From Candidatus Moanibacter sp. (GTDB taxonomy: Bacteria; Verrucomicrobiota; Verrucomicrobiia; Opitutales; UBA2987), in NCBI GenBank assembly GCA_965215885.1, contig CBDCEW010000104.1, forward strand, positions 32,001-96,000: a stretch of DNA of 64,000 bases. The letters run 5' to 3'. Of this stretch, positions 32,005 to 42,039 are shown in pieces; the stretch's first letter is position 1; each line of letters starts with the position of its first letter. A model generated the notes under the pieces. That model did no database searches and was not told the origin of the DNA. It saw only the letters and a list, made by a program, of their open reading frames with translations. The position numbers and the translations under genes are program-made.

Positions 32005-32490
32005 CCTGCCGGCATCCCGTTCGATCAGCCGAAGGCGTAGCCGCGGTCGCAAGAACGCGGTTGAGTGGGTGATAGGTATTGCCCCTCCCGTTCCGCGGCC
32101 TTGCGGCAGCGGCTACAATGGGGACTCGATGTCGAATTTGTTTTCGATATTCTTTACGACAAGGTTCGCGACAAGGTTCGGGACGAGGTTTGCTTCGCTG
32201 ATTCCGAGTAGATCAGCTGTTACGTGCCCATTGCCCGGAGGGCGAAAGCAACTTCTACCTACCCTGGTAACCTTGTCGCGAACCTCACTCGCGAACCTTG
32301 TCGATTGTTTTCAAACTACCTGCCGGCATCCCGTTCGATCAGCCGAAGGCGTAGCCGCGGTCGCAAGAACGCGGTTGAGAGGATGATGAATATCGCCCCT
32401 TTCGTTCCGCGGCCTTGCGGCTGCGGCTACCATGGTGAATCGATGCCGAATTCGTCTTCTGTATTCTCTGCGACAAGGTTTGCTTCGCTG
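32005..32490. repeat. Duplicated GTAG-type REPIN units interleaved with 12-nt-period GACAAGGTTCGC repeats
   Basis: Identical 61-mer at 32005-32065 and 32319-32379; GTAGCCGCGGTCGCAAG...CTTGCGGC(A/T)GCGGCTAC inverted pairs. Confidence 0.8.
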
Positions 32491-32521
32491 GATTTCAATA
32501 TAGGCCCGCGATCAACCCCTA

Positions 32522-34060
32522 TCAGCATACCGGCTGCATATCCCAGATATCTACCAGCTGTAATTTCGCCTGCGCTCCGCGAGTGAAAAGCCGGATTCCC
32601 AGGCTGTCACCTCGCGCGGGATAAGCTCTGTGCGTAACGCACTGACGCCGGTTGGCAAAGACCTCCAGGACCGATCGATCGAGAAAGATTCTCAGCTCCA
32701 GCGGCTCGCCGGCCGGCAAAACAAACGGCGCTTCCTGGGCGTCTTCACCGGATTCATGTGATTCTATTCTAATCATTTTTCCCCCCACATGATAAGCGAT
32801 CGTCGTCTGCTCTTCTCCGTCTGGTGAGCACAGCACCTTTACACCCACCTGCTTTGCATCTCCGGGATCCACTATGACAGAAATCTCGAGGCAGTCGCTG
32901 GATACGCCAGACAGGATCTTCTCTTCATCCGAATCCAGATCCACCCTCTCCCACCTTCGATGATTCCGTCGCAGGGCCAGCAGCTCCGGTACCGGGTCGA
33001 TGAGCAGTTTCCCGCCATCATCGAGCGAAAATTCCCGGGGAAGGCTCATCACTGACCCCCATCCTGTTTCGAAGCAGTTATCCCAAGGTCGACTTTCGGC
33101 CAATCGATCGGTCTCCCGGATCCAGCCGAAGAATATCCGACGACCTTTATCATCGAGAAGAGTTTCCGGTCCGGAGAGGGGGCCACCCGGCCAGTTCATC
33201 CTTCCGTGGTCTTCCGGAAAAAATGTATGATTTTCATAGCGACCCAGGTAGTATTGACACTGGTAGTTAGGACGGTGGGTGTGCATGAGTAGCATATGGC
33301 GATCGCCGAGGGGAAAGAAATCGGGACAGGCGCAATCTTCATCCTCATCGGTCCACTTTCGATCCGATCGATAAAACGGGTGCAGGTAGTCCCAGTGAAC
33401 GAGGTCCGCGGACCGAAAGAGGCTTGTGCAGTCGCCTGCATATCCCGGTCGAAGATTCTTGTTTCCGAGGAGCGCATAATACACGCCGTCTTCATACCAT
33501 GCGCAGGGATCGAAAACTCGGTATTCCGTGGTGGCGGTCTCCTTCGTTTCCTTTGACGAATAGACCTGCCGTTTCTGGACCTCATCCGGCGAGGGAATGA
33601 CAGGGTTTTCGCGTAAGGGCGTCCACTTTATCAGCAGGTCATCTTCGCTCGTGGCGATGCAGGTACCCTGTGCGGGGACGTGGTAGATCAGCGTCGGGAC
33701 GGGCGCACCCTCGACGGCATCACCGCTGTAGATTCCCCGTGGTGTGGTGCCGTCAAAGGCCGGAACAATCGCCGGCGGGTGGTAGACCCAGTGTACCAGG
33801 TCGCTGCTCGAAGAATGCTCCATGACAGGCAGCCAGTCGTATTCCATAGAATCTCCCGGATCCGGGTTGGGCAGTCTCCCCAGGTAAAAGACATGGTAGC
33901 GCCCTTTCCAGTAGATGGTGCCGTTGGCATCGTTGAAAAAACCATCCGGGGGCAGCAAGTGATAGCGTGGACGGTGGGGATCGTTCCACAACCGCTCCCG
34001 TAACACTCTGACGCTTCGAAGCGCCTGTTCCAAGGATCTGCTGTCGTGATTGTCGGGCAT
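32522..34060 (-). CDS. GH32-like five-bladed beta-propeller glycoside hydrolase
   Basis: HRPRYH, FNDANG, YSG, FDP, CPDFF and SLPRE motifs; C-terminal LDRSVLEVFAN. Confidence 0.88.
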   Translation of the reverse strand: MPDNHDSRSLEQALRSVRVLRERLWNDPHRPRYHLLPPDGFFNDANGTIYWKGRYHVFYLGRLPNPDPGDSMEYDWLPVMEHSSSSDLVHWVYHPPAIVPAFDGTTPRGIYSGDAVEGAPVPTLIYHVPAQGTCIATSEDDLLIKWTPLRENPVIPSPDEVQKRQVYSSKETKETATTEYRVFDPCAWYEDGVYYALLGNKNLRPGYAGDCTSLFRSADLVHWDYLHPFYRSDRKWTDEDEDCACPDFFPLGDRHMLLMHTHRPNYQCQYYLGRYENHTFFPEDHGRMNWPGGPLSGPETLLDDKGRRIFFGWIRETDRLAESRPWDNCFETGWGSVMSLPREFSLDDGGKLLIDPVPELLALRRNHRRWERVDLDSDEEKILSGVSSDCLEISVIVDPGDAKQVGVKVLCSPDGEEQTTIAYHVGGKMIRIESHESGEDAQEAPFVLPAGEPLELRIFLDRSVLEVFANRRQCVTHRAYPARGDSLGIRLFTRGAQAKLQLVDIWDMQPVC

Positions 34061-34193
34061 GTTGTTGTTTCCAAATGGTGCTTATACGCGGAATTTCCAG
34101 ATGAAATCGTCTACCTACGTATCCTCGTCGCGAACCTTGTCGAATCAACCCAAGCGAGAAACATATATACCGATTGATTCTTACTAGGCGAAA

Positions 34194-34477
34194 CTAAACC
34201 TTCAGCATCGCCGCGATCATACTATCGACTCTTCTCAACATCTGTTTGATTTCCGCAACCGCACGAGTTTCCCATATGCCCCTTGCTACGCAAACATCGA
34301 TAAGAGCCGCTAGTTTGCGGGTCGCTCTATTGGCTATGTTTAGGAACCGCATACCATCCAAATTCGAGTAGCGCCCGTTTCCTTCGGCGATATTGAGGAT
34401 CATGCTAGTCGAGGTATCGTCAATCCGACGAAATGTAATAGGTCTTTATAAACTTCCAGTTTCTCGTGACTGAACAT
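34194..34477 (-). pseudogene. Four-helix-bundle protein (23S rRNA IVP/Avd-like family), internally deleted and frameshifted
   Basis: MFSHEKLEVY from ATG 34477, then in another frame DTSTSMILNIAEGNGR...FLNIA; the intervening helix is missing. Confidence 0.8.
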
Positions 34478-34582
34478 TGCTTATAAGAATTCATTCGACC
34501 GAATTTGAATTCGACAAAGTTCGCGCCAAGGTTCGCGACGAGGTTATTAAAGGAATTCGCAATTATCTTCTGATTTCGATCA

Positions 34583-34770
34583 ATAATGTCAGCCGTGTAA
34601 TTCCGCTTAGAACTTAACGGAGCAAACCTTGTCCCGAACCTTGTCGATAAAACAAAAGGAGAAAACCGGCGTTCGCTATAATGTCAGCCGTGTAATTCCG
34701 CTTAGAACTTAACGGAGCAAACCTTGTCCCGAACCTTGTCGATAAAACAAAAGGAGAAAACCGGCGTTCG
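34583..34770. repeat. Exact 93-bp tandem duplication
   Basis: 34583-34675 equals 34678-34770, with a 2-bp spacer. Confidence 0.9.
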
Positions 34771-34799
34771 AATCATTCCGTGGTGCCAGATTCAACTCC

Positions 34800-35912
34800 T
34801 CACCCTATCTCAAGCGCCGCTTCGCGTTCGAGGATCCCGTCCTCCGTGCGATCCCCGTCTTCTTCTTCTACGGGTCGCGGCAGTTCGGGCACAAACGCAT
34901 ACTCGGGATCCGCGATCTGTTTTCGATGGATTTCCAGCAATCCCTTCCAGGTCGCCCAGAGTCCGTAGGGCGCCGGCGGTAGGTCGTGCGCGATAGCGGC
35001 GCGCAGTTTCGGCAGGTTGAAAAACGGGACTGCGGGGTACATGTGGTGCTCGATGTGGTACTGCATGTTCCAGTAGAGGAAGGCCGGAAGCCACGAACAG
35101 GTGTAGGTCCGGCAGTAGAGGCGGTGATCCGCGATGTTCGGAGAGAGCCCGTAATGCTGCGGATGGCCGCAGAGAAAACCCAGCCAATGGCAATAGTGTC
35201 TGCCGTTGACCAGGACGATGAGAAACCAGTGTCCGGTGGCGATAAAGAGCGCGGCCAGGGCGGTGTGGCCGAGGAGGGTAAATCGCGCCCAGTTCCGGTG
35301 CTCGCCGCGCAGCTTGGCGTCACTTTCGGGCAAGACAAACTCATACCATTCGTTGTCCATTTGTCCCGTCGCGCGCTTGGTATAGAGCTTCAAAAGATCC
35401 CAAGTATGCAACGGATCCCACGCGAACAATCGAGCCCAAAATCGCCAATCCTTGAATGTAAACTTGGCGGGGAGAACGACCTCGCCGTCGTAGTCACCAT
35501 GGACCGTGACCTGGTGGTGTTTGATGTGGCTGGGACGAAACCAGACATGGTCCCACCAGCCGAAAAATGCGAATACCCTCAAAAAGAACTCATTCAGCGC
35601 CTTCGTCTTGAAGGGTGTACGGTGCATGAGTTCATGACAGGCGGTGCCCCCGATAAAGTGACAGAATGTGCCGTGAGCGAACAATGAGACGAGAAGGAGG
35701 GGCGCGGACCAGAACCAATTCCCGTCGTTGATCTGAAGAAAAACCAGGTAGGCCAGCGACCCCGTAATAACACACAGCCCCAAGTGCCCAAGGGCCTGAC
35801 GGAATCCCTGCAGGTCGCTCCGCTTTACCAGCTTCTTCATCACCGCAGGATCGACTTTGCAGCGATACCATCTGATCGTCTTGTCTTTGAGGAATTTCTC
35901 AGCGCCACTCAT
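34800..35912 (-). CDS. Fatty-acid-desaturase-family membrane di-iron enzyme (MocD-like)
   Basis: His boxes HELMH, HIKHH and YHIEHH; FLYWNMQYH; hydrophobic segments. Confidence 0.88.
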   Translation of the reverse strand: MSGAEKFLKDKTIRWYRCKVDPAVMKKLVKRSDLQGFRQALGHLGLCVITGSLAYLVFLQINDGNWFWSAPLLLVSLFAHGTFCHFIGGTACHELMHRTPFKTKALNEFFLRVFAFFGWWDHVWFRPSHIKHHQVTVHGDYDGEVVLPAKFTFKDWRFWARLFAWDPLHTWDLLKLYTKRATGQMDNEWYEFVLPESDAKLRGEHRNWARFTLLGHTALAALFIATGHWFLIVLVNGRHYCHWLGFLCGHPQHYGLSPNIADHRLYCRTYTCSWLPAFLYWNMQYHIEHHMYPAVPFFNLPKLRAAIAHDLPPAPYGLWATWKGLLEIHRKQIADPEYAFVPELPRPVEEEDGDRTEDGILEREAALEIG

Positions 35913-36315
35913 GGCAAGTGTTGAGGATCCACAGCGATCAAAGCTATGGCCTCTCGGAGCATCGATAGATACTTCCTATACTGCTCCACACCCCATTGCT
36001 CCATCGTATAATCAAGGATATGTTCATAGTCCTCAGAAGCCAACCGAGTGACTATAAAGTCCAGATTTTACCTTGGACTTCACCATCATTTCCAATTTAT
36101 CAGTCAGCGACACGTGCATGATTAATCCTTTCTGGTCATCTGTCTATTATACACATTTTGTCAATGTTTGTACATGTAGCCGAACTTTGAACACTTTCGA
36201 GCCGCCCCGGAAAATGCCAGCATCACCGCGTAAGGATCGCTTTTCGGCCACCGAAAGCGGGCTATTGAACAAAAGGTAAAAGAAGATATTGCAGGTGTCC
36301 CGAATAAAGACAGAA

Positions 36316-37182
36316 ATGAAGGCCATGATCGACATCGATAAACGAAAACGATTAGAAAAAGACGGTTTTTATCTTTTTGAGAACATTCTTGAGCCTGACT
36401 TGATCGTAAAGCTGAATAACCTTAGCGATGCCATCCTTGCCCAGCAGGAGGCCAAGCATTTCGAACAACAACGCGCGACGGGCAGCATGGTGCTGATCAC
36501 CTGGGAGATGGCCTATGAACATGCGGTCCTGGCGGAGATGATCGCCCAGCCCAGGATGCTTGCGGCGCTGGCTGAACTCGGCTTCGATGAACCGAAATTC
36601 GGGCACGGCCGTATCATCAGCAAGCCGCCGCACAGCCCGCCGCTGTTCTGGCACGAAGATGGCCGTTTTTGGAATGATCCGGTCAGTTACACCCCGCAAC
36701 CAATCCAGGTCTTCCTGATGTACTACCTCACGGATACCACTCCGGAGAATGGATGTTTAAGAGTGATACCGGGGTCGCATCTGAAGCGGCACCCCTTGCA
36801 CGACCAGGCCTCGGAGCGGCACACGGATGATCTGCGGACGTATACCGATCCGAATTGCATCCAGTTCCAGCGCGCGGAGGGAGAGATCGATGTGCCATTG
36901 AAGGCCGGTGATCTGGTGGTGGGGTACGCGACCCTGTTTCATGCCTCCCATCGGAACGGCTCGGATGGGCGCCGAACGTGTCTCACCATGTGGTACTACC
37001 CGGACTTCAACAATCTGCCCGAGCGCACGCGGGCGACGGTCGATTTCCTGGAATCCAAAGGTTGGAAGGCCGCCAGCAAGACGGGGCCTGGAGAGGCTGT
37101 GATGCAACCGTTCAGGATCGTGTATACCGGGGATGCGAAACCGATCGAGCAGGAGTGGGTGCCGGGGAAGGAATTGAGGTGA
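36316..37182 (+). CDS. PhyH-family Fe/2OG oxygenase
   Basis: WHED, NGCLRVIPGSH and FHASH..RR motifs; paralogue of 29921-30712; start uncertain. Confidence 0.9.
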   Translation: MKAMIDIDKRKRLEKDGFYLFENILEPDLIVKLNNLSDAILAQQEAKHFEQQRATGSMVLITWEMAYEHAVLAEMIAQPRMLAALAELGFDEPKFGHGRIISKPPHSPPLFWHEDGRFWNDPVSYTPQPIQVFLMYYLTDTTPENGCLRVIPGSHLKRHPLHDQASERHTDDLRTYTDPNCIQFQRAEGEIDVPLKAGDLVVGYATLFHASHRNGSDGRRTCLTMWYYPDFNNLPERTRATVDFLESKGWKAASKTGPGEAVMQPFRIVYTGDAKPIEQEWVPGKELR

Positions 37183-37372
37183 AGTACTGAACTTTGATTG
37201 CCGAATCCCGGCTTTCCGGAAAACATCCAACCCTGCTGGTACGGTCTCGATTTTTTGAGCGCAGGATTCTCGTCGGCATCCATTCTCTGACTTTGACATT
37301 CGAGTTTGCTGTTACACATATTTGGTTTCTCCACCGGATAATTGTATATGGAATTATAACAAAGGAATCGTT

Positions 37373-38209
37373 ATGGAACTTAGTTTTCAGCAAGAGAACC
37401 CTCACGTGATGAACCTCCGTGCGGAAGGCATGGGCACCATTTCTCGATACGCATGGTATCCGGAATTGCACCCCCATATCACGTGCCTGTTGGGGCCGGG
37501 CAAACGAAACGTGCTGGAAAACCAACCTGCCGATCATCTTCACCATCACGGCGTTTGTTTCTCACACGGAGTGGTCAACGACGAGCTCGACTTCTACCTC
37601 TACAGAGATAAACGAAACTTGGGCCAGATCAATCTAGTCGGTGACGTGCAGACCAAGGCCGAGGATAACGTAGCTGCATTGGCCCATGATAGCGAGTGGA
37701 TCGCTCCAGATGGTAAGGAGCTGATTACCGACCACCGCTCCTACCGTTGGGAGATGCTTAACGACGGTGAACTTTACCTCGATACGGATATCAGCCTGCG
37801 ACCCGTCGATCAAACGGTGGTGTTTCACCCCACCAATGAATCCGGAATGCCGCTGGTACGTCCGGCCGATTGGTTGGTGGCGAACCACGGTGGTGTTCTG
37901 ACCGACAGCGAAGGGCGCAGCGGTGAGAAAGAGATGTTCGGCAAACCCGCCCGTTGGATCGACGAAACCGCTGAAACCGACGGCAAGTTGATCGGCATTT
38001 CCCTCCTGGATCACCCCTCAAATCCAGTGCAAGCCCACTGGTTTTCCAGGGATTACGGTCCTCTCGCTCCCAATTACAACTACTTCACCGGTCCGGTCGA
38101 ACTCAACATCGGGGACCAACTCAACCTGAAATATCGAATTTTTGTCCATTCAGGTGCCGGTGATCCTGATCGCATGAGCACTGAATACGAAAAATTTGCA
38201 CAAACCTGA
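37373..38209 (+). CDS. PF14100 (so-called PmoA-family)/DUF6807-like beta-sandwich protein
   Basis: PADHLHHHG, RWID, DHPSNP, WFSRDYG and YRIFVH motifs; not a methane monooxygenase. Confidence 0.75.
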   Translation: MELSFQQENPHVMNLRAEGMGTISRYAWYPELHPHITCLLGPGKRNVLENQPADHLHHHGVCFSHGVVNDELDFYLYRDKRNLGQINLVGDVQTKAEDNVAALAHDSEWIAPDGKELITDHRSYRWEMLNDGELYLDTDISLRPVDQTVVFHPTNESGMPLVRPADWLVANHGGVLTDSEGRSGEKEMFGKPARWIDETAETDGKLIGISLLDHPSNPVQAHWFSRDYGPLAPNYNYFTGPVELNIGDQLNLKYRIFVHSGAGDPDRMSTEYEKFAQT

Positions 38210-38423
38210 ATTTGTGGTACTTTCCGCAAGTTCAAGTTCGGGAGAACAGACCTCCCGACGATAGTAAGTACTCAAGCGATGACAACATCCCCGCATAAAA
38301 ACGAGAAGAACATGGAGGTCGAATTTCACGCCTCCGGTGCCAACGTGGACCCAGATACGAAGCAGCTCTACACGAACTTCGATAACACGGCAAGCCCCGA
38401 GGGCTGCGTGGACACCTCCGCCT

Positions 38424-40317
38424 CAGGGTAAAAGGATTCCAGGAAGCAACTAGCTGATAAGCAAGAAGATAAAAAAAGAGCTAAACAAACCCGAGGGAAT
38501 CAGTCATGTTAAGATGGGATGAAAGACAAAAAATCTTACCAACTGAATCCTTCGATAGATCGTTTAACTCTGCGTCTGGTCCTGCCCGAAGAGCAGGAGC
38601 GATTCAATGATCTATTGAAACAACATCATTATTTACACAGTGCGGGCAGCGCAGGAGAGACCCTGCGCTATGTGGCGCAGATCGACGGGCAATGGATGGG
38701 CCTGCTCTTGTGGGGGGCCGCATCCTACCGGCTGAAGGATCGAGACGAATGGATCGGGTGGGACGGGGCGCAACGGCATGCACGATTGAAACTGGTAGTA
38801 CAGAACCGGCGTTTTCTGATTTTGCCCGGGGTGGATCTTGCAAATTTGGCCTCCAAGACGTTGGGTATGTGCCTGAGAGTCTTAGCCGATCACTGGCAGG
38901 AGGCTTTTGGCTATCGTCCCTTAGTAGCGGAAACGTTCGTGGACCCACAGATTCACCGGGGCACTTGCTACGAAGCGAGCGGGTGGACGCCCTTGGGCTT
39001 GAGCGCGGGATATGGCCGCCAACGCGAAGATTTCTATCAACGCCATGAGCGTCCCAAGCAGATCTGGGTCAAACCCCTCAAGGCTAATGCCCTTGAGCTT
39101 TTGCGCGCTTCAGGGCCATTGCCCGCGGCACAGAGCCAGGCGCTCAATGAAACCGATAACTCCCATGCGGTCTGCCTCAAAGTGGAACAGATGAGCAGCC
39201 TGTGGGAACGCTTCAATCAGATAGAAGACTTCCGTCGTAAAGCGGGCCTTAGATATCGGCTCGCCACGGTCCTGAGCATGATTGTGCTCGGCACGATGTG
39301 CGGCAAACAGACCCTCAAGGGCATCGTGCGCCTGGCCCATCATCTCAATCAAGCCCAATTGCGCGCCTTACGCTCCTGGAAAAACCCCAAAACAGGCCGC
39401 TATAAGGCCCCTTGCTATGATGTCTTCTATCGGGTCTTGCAAAACGTAAAGGCCGAGCTCTTCGATAAAACCCTCACCGAATTCATCTGCTTACAAGACG
39501 GCTGTTTGCCCCGCGATATTGCCGTCGACGGCAAGACCCTCAAAGGCACAAACACCGAAGAATCAAAGGCTCTGCACCTGGTGGCCGCAGTCGATCACCA
39601 AAGCGCTCAAACCTTAGCCCAAGTCGCTACCGCCGATAAATCCAACGCGATCACCGCCGCCCAGACTCTCTTGCGAAAGATGCCCATTTTGGACGGCTCC
39701 ACCTTCACCTTCGACGCCATGCATAATCAAAAAGAAACTGCCCACATCGTCGTCGAAGAACTCAGTGCTGACTATGTTATTCAAATTAAAGACAATCAGC
39801 CCAACATGCATCAATACGCTCAGAATCTCTTCAGCTCCACCCCCTTTTTCTCCACCAAACCGTGGACAATGACCATGGGCGACTCGAAATACGTCAAATA
39901 GCAACCCATTCTCTAAGCGCTCCCTCTGCCGGCCTGCCCCATGCCCGCCAGTTCGCCTGTGTGCAACGCACCTTCCATTATCCAAACAAAGCTGAACCTT
40001 CCTCTGAACGCTCTTACTACGTAAGCAGTCTCGATCCCGCCGATTTGAGCCCTCAACAGTTCCTCTCGAAAATTCGCAACCATTGGTCGATCGAAAATAA
40101 AAATCATTACCCCAGGGATCGCTTCTTCGATGAAGATCGATGTATGATCCGTAATCATAACGCAGCCAGAATTCTTGCTGCATGCAGGCAACTGGTTCTC
40201 AGCCTCAAGTCTTCCATGGGCGCTGAATCCACTCCCGCACTCTGTGATGATTTCGTCTTTAACTTACATAAGGCCATCAATATCATCACCTAATGCTCCG
40301 AGAATCAAAATACCGTG
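38424..40317 (+). mobile_element. ISAs1-family element with DUF4338 domain, copy 2 (full length)
   Basis: Left end CAGGGTAAAAGGATTC; right end reverse-complemented CACGGTATTTTGATTC; flanks CACCTCCGCCT and CACCTCCAACT. Confidence 0.88.
38519..40293 (+). CDS. DUF4338-ISAs1 transposase in two overlapping frames (38519-39901 and 39862-40293)
   Basis: DGKTLKG, DAMH and IKDNQP in frame 1; HGRLEIR, RNHWSIENKNHYPRD and FDED in the -1 frame; CCCCCTTTTT at 39840-39849. Confidence 0.88.
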
Positions 40318-41287
40318 CACCTCCAACTACAAGGGCTCAGGTCGGGTGAAGAACCGCGTTGCCATCGTGACGGGGGGCACGCAGGCCATCGGCAAGACGT
40401 GCGTGGAGGTCCTCGCGAAGGAGGGCGCGATCGTCTACTTCTGCGGCCGGAGGGCGGAGCCCGGCGAACGGGTGCAGGAAAATTTGAGGAGAGAGTTGAA
40501 ACAGAGGAACGTCGGAGAAGGAGAAGAAGGGGAGCGCGTCTTTTTCGACGTGGCGGACGTGGGCAACGAGGACTCGTTGAAGAAGTGGATTGAATCGGTC
40601 GGCGAGAGGGAGGGCAAGATTGACATCGTGCTTCCGAATGCCGCGGCGTTTGTTTTCGGTAATGTCGACGAGGTGACGTCCAACGACTGGGATGTGATTC
40701 TCAACACCAACGTGAAGGGCTACTCGAATTGTGTGAAATTTGCCTTACCGTATTTGCGCAGCACCCAACCGAAAATCAATCGAAGCGGAAGCGCAGGTGA
40801 GAATCAAAATCCGAATCGTGTCGGCGGCAGCGTGGTGATGATGGCATCGATCTCAAGCCACATTGCGCAGCCGGCTTTTCTCCCGTATAATACGAGCAAG
40901 GGAGCGATCATACAGATGATGCGGTGTATGAGTCTGGACCTGGGTCCTGAGAGTATCCGGGTCAATGCCGTCTGCCCGGGGACTATCGACACGCCCGCGA
41001 CCACCAAGCACGCCACAAATCTGAACATAAGCAAGGCGGAGCTGACCCGGATGCAGTGCAAGAGCCACTTCGTTAAGAGGCTGGGGTCTACCTTGGATTG
41101 TGCATATGCCGTCTTGTTTCTGGCCTCAGATGAGAGCAGCTTCATAACCGGAGCAAGTCTCATGGTCGATGGAGGTTACACGGTAGGGCACAATGCGGAG
41201 GAATAGTAAATAGTAGGAAATCGCTCTTCGGGAAGTTAAGCCGTTGTTGAGCGACTGTTGAAGGATTTTTTTTGAAGGAGATGAGTT

Positions 41288-42034
41288 ATGGCAGAGCAGA
41301 AAAAGGCCCCGGTGGGGTACGATGACACGCCGTTTTTGCCGGGCGACCAGTGGCGGGTGCACGATGCGAATCGGCCGCAGCCGAGGGTGGTGACACCGGG
41401 AGCGAGGGTGGGGGATGCGCCTTCCGATGCGGTGGTGCTGTTTGACGGAACGGATTTGTCCAGGTGGCAGGGAAGGGATGGATCGGATGCGGGGTGGAAT
41501 ATTAAAGACGGTTATATGGAGGTGGTGCCGGGAAGCGGGAATATTCAGACCAGGGATGATTTTGGAGATTGCCAGTTGCACATTGAATTCGCGTGTCCTG
41601 CCGAAGTGGTGGGCGATAGTCAGGGGCGGGGGAACAGCGGGGTATTTTTGATCGGGCAATACGAGGTTCAGGTGCTGGACGGATACAATAATCGGACTTA
41701 CGCCGATGGAACTACATCGGCGATTTACGCCCAGTATCCGCCCCGGGTTAATGCCTGCCGACCGCCTGGGGAGTGGCAAAGTTATGATATTGTTTTCGAA
41801 GCCCCTCGATACGACAGCGACAGGCTGTTGAGCCCGGCCTATTTAACGGTGTTGCACAATGGGTTGCTTGTACACAACCGCCAGGCGGCGCTTGGTCCCA
41901 CAGGGCACAAGAACGTGGCGAATTACGACGATCCACACGGGCCGACGGGACCATTGATTCTGTAGGATCACAAGAATCCGACCCGGTTTCGGAATATCTG
42001 GATCCGGGCGCTGACGGAATACGACGAAGCTTAA
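41288..42034 (+). pseudogene. DUF1080 (3-keto-disaccharide hydrolase-like) protein with an in-frame amber stop
   Basis: PSDAVVLFDG, GNSGVF, YEVQVLD and GEWQSYDI; TAG at 41963-41965 replaces Q of LQDH, followed by DH..RFRNIWIR. Confidence 0.88.
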
Positions 42035-42039
42035 CGACT

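Larger units (their letters stand above)
38279..41206 (+). pseudogene. Short-chain dehydrogenase/reductase split by ISAs1 copy 2
   Basis: 5' part MTTSPH...CVDTS (38279-38419) joins in frame to NYKGSGRVKNRVAIVTGGTQAIG...YNTSKG...VNAVCPG. Confidence 0.88.

Noticed and set aside
34194..34477. Diversity-generating retroelement suggested by the Avd-like gene and the 93-bp duplication
   Set aside because: No reverse transcriptase in the window; the duplicates are identical, without adenine-specific mismatches
37373..38209. Methane monooxygenase PmoA
   Set aside because: Soluble protein of the misleadingly named PF14100-like family; no transmembrane helices and no pmoCB
40799..40812. GAGAATCAAAAT match to the ISAs1 right end inside the SDR gene
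   Set aside because: Only 12 bp, in frame, with no partner end; probably chance
41963..41965. Amber read-through or recoding in the DUF1080 gene
   Set aside because: A single CAG-to-TAG change explains it; many intact genes here end in TAG and no Pyl machinery is seen
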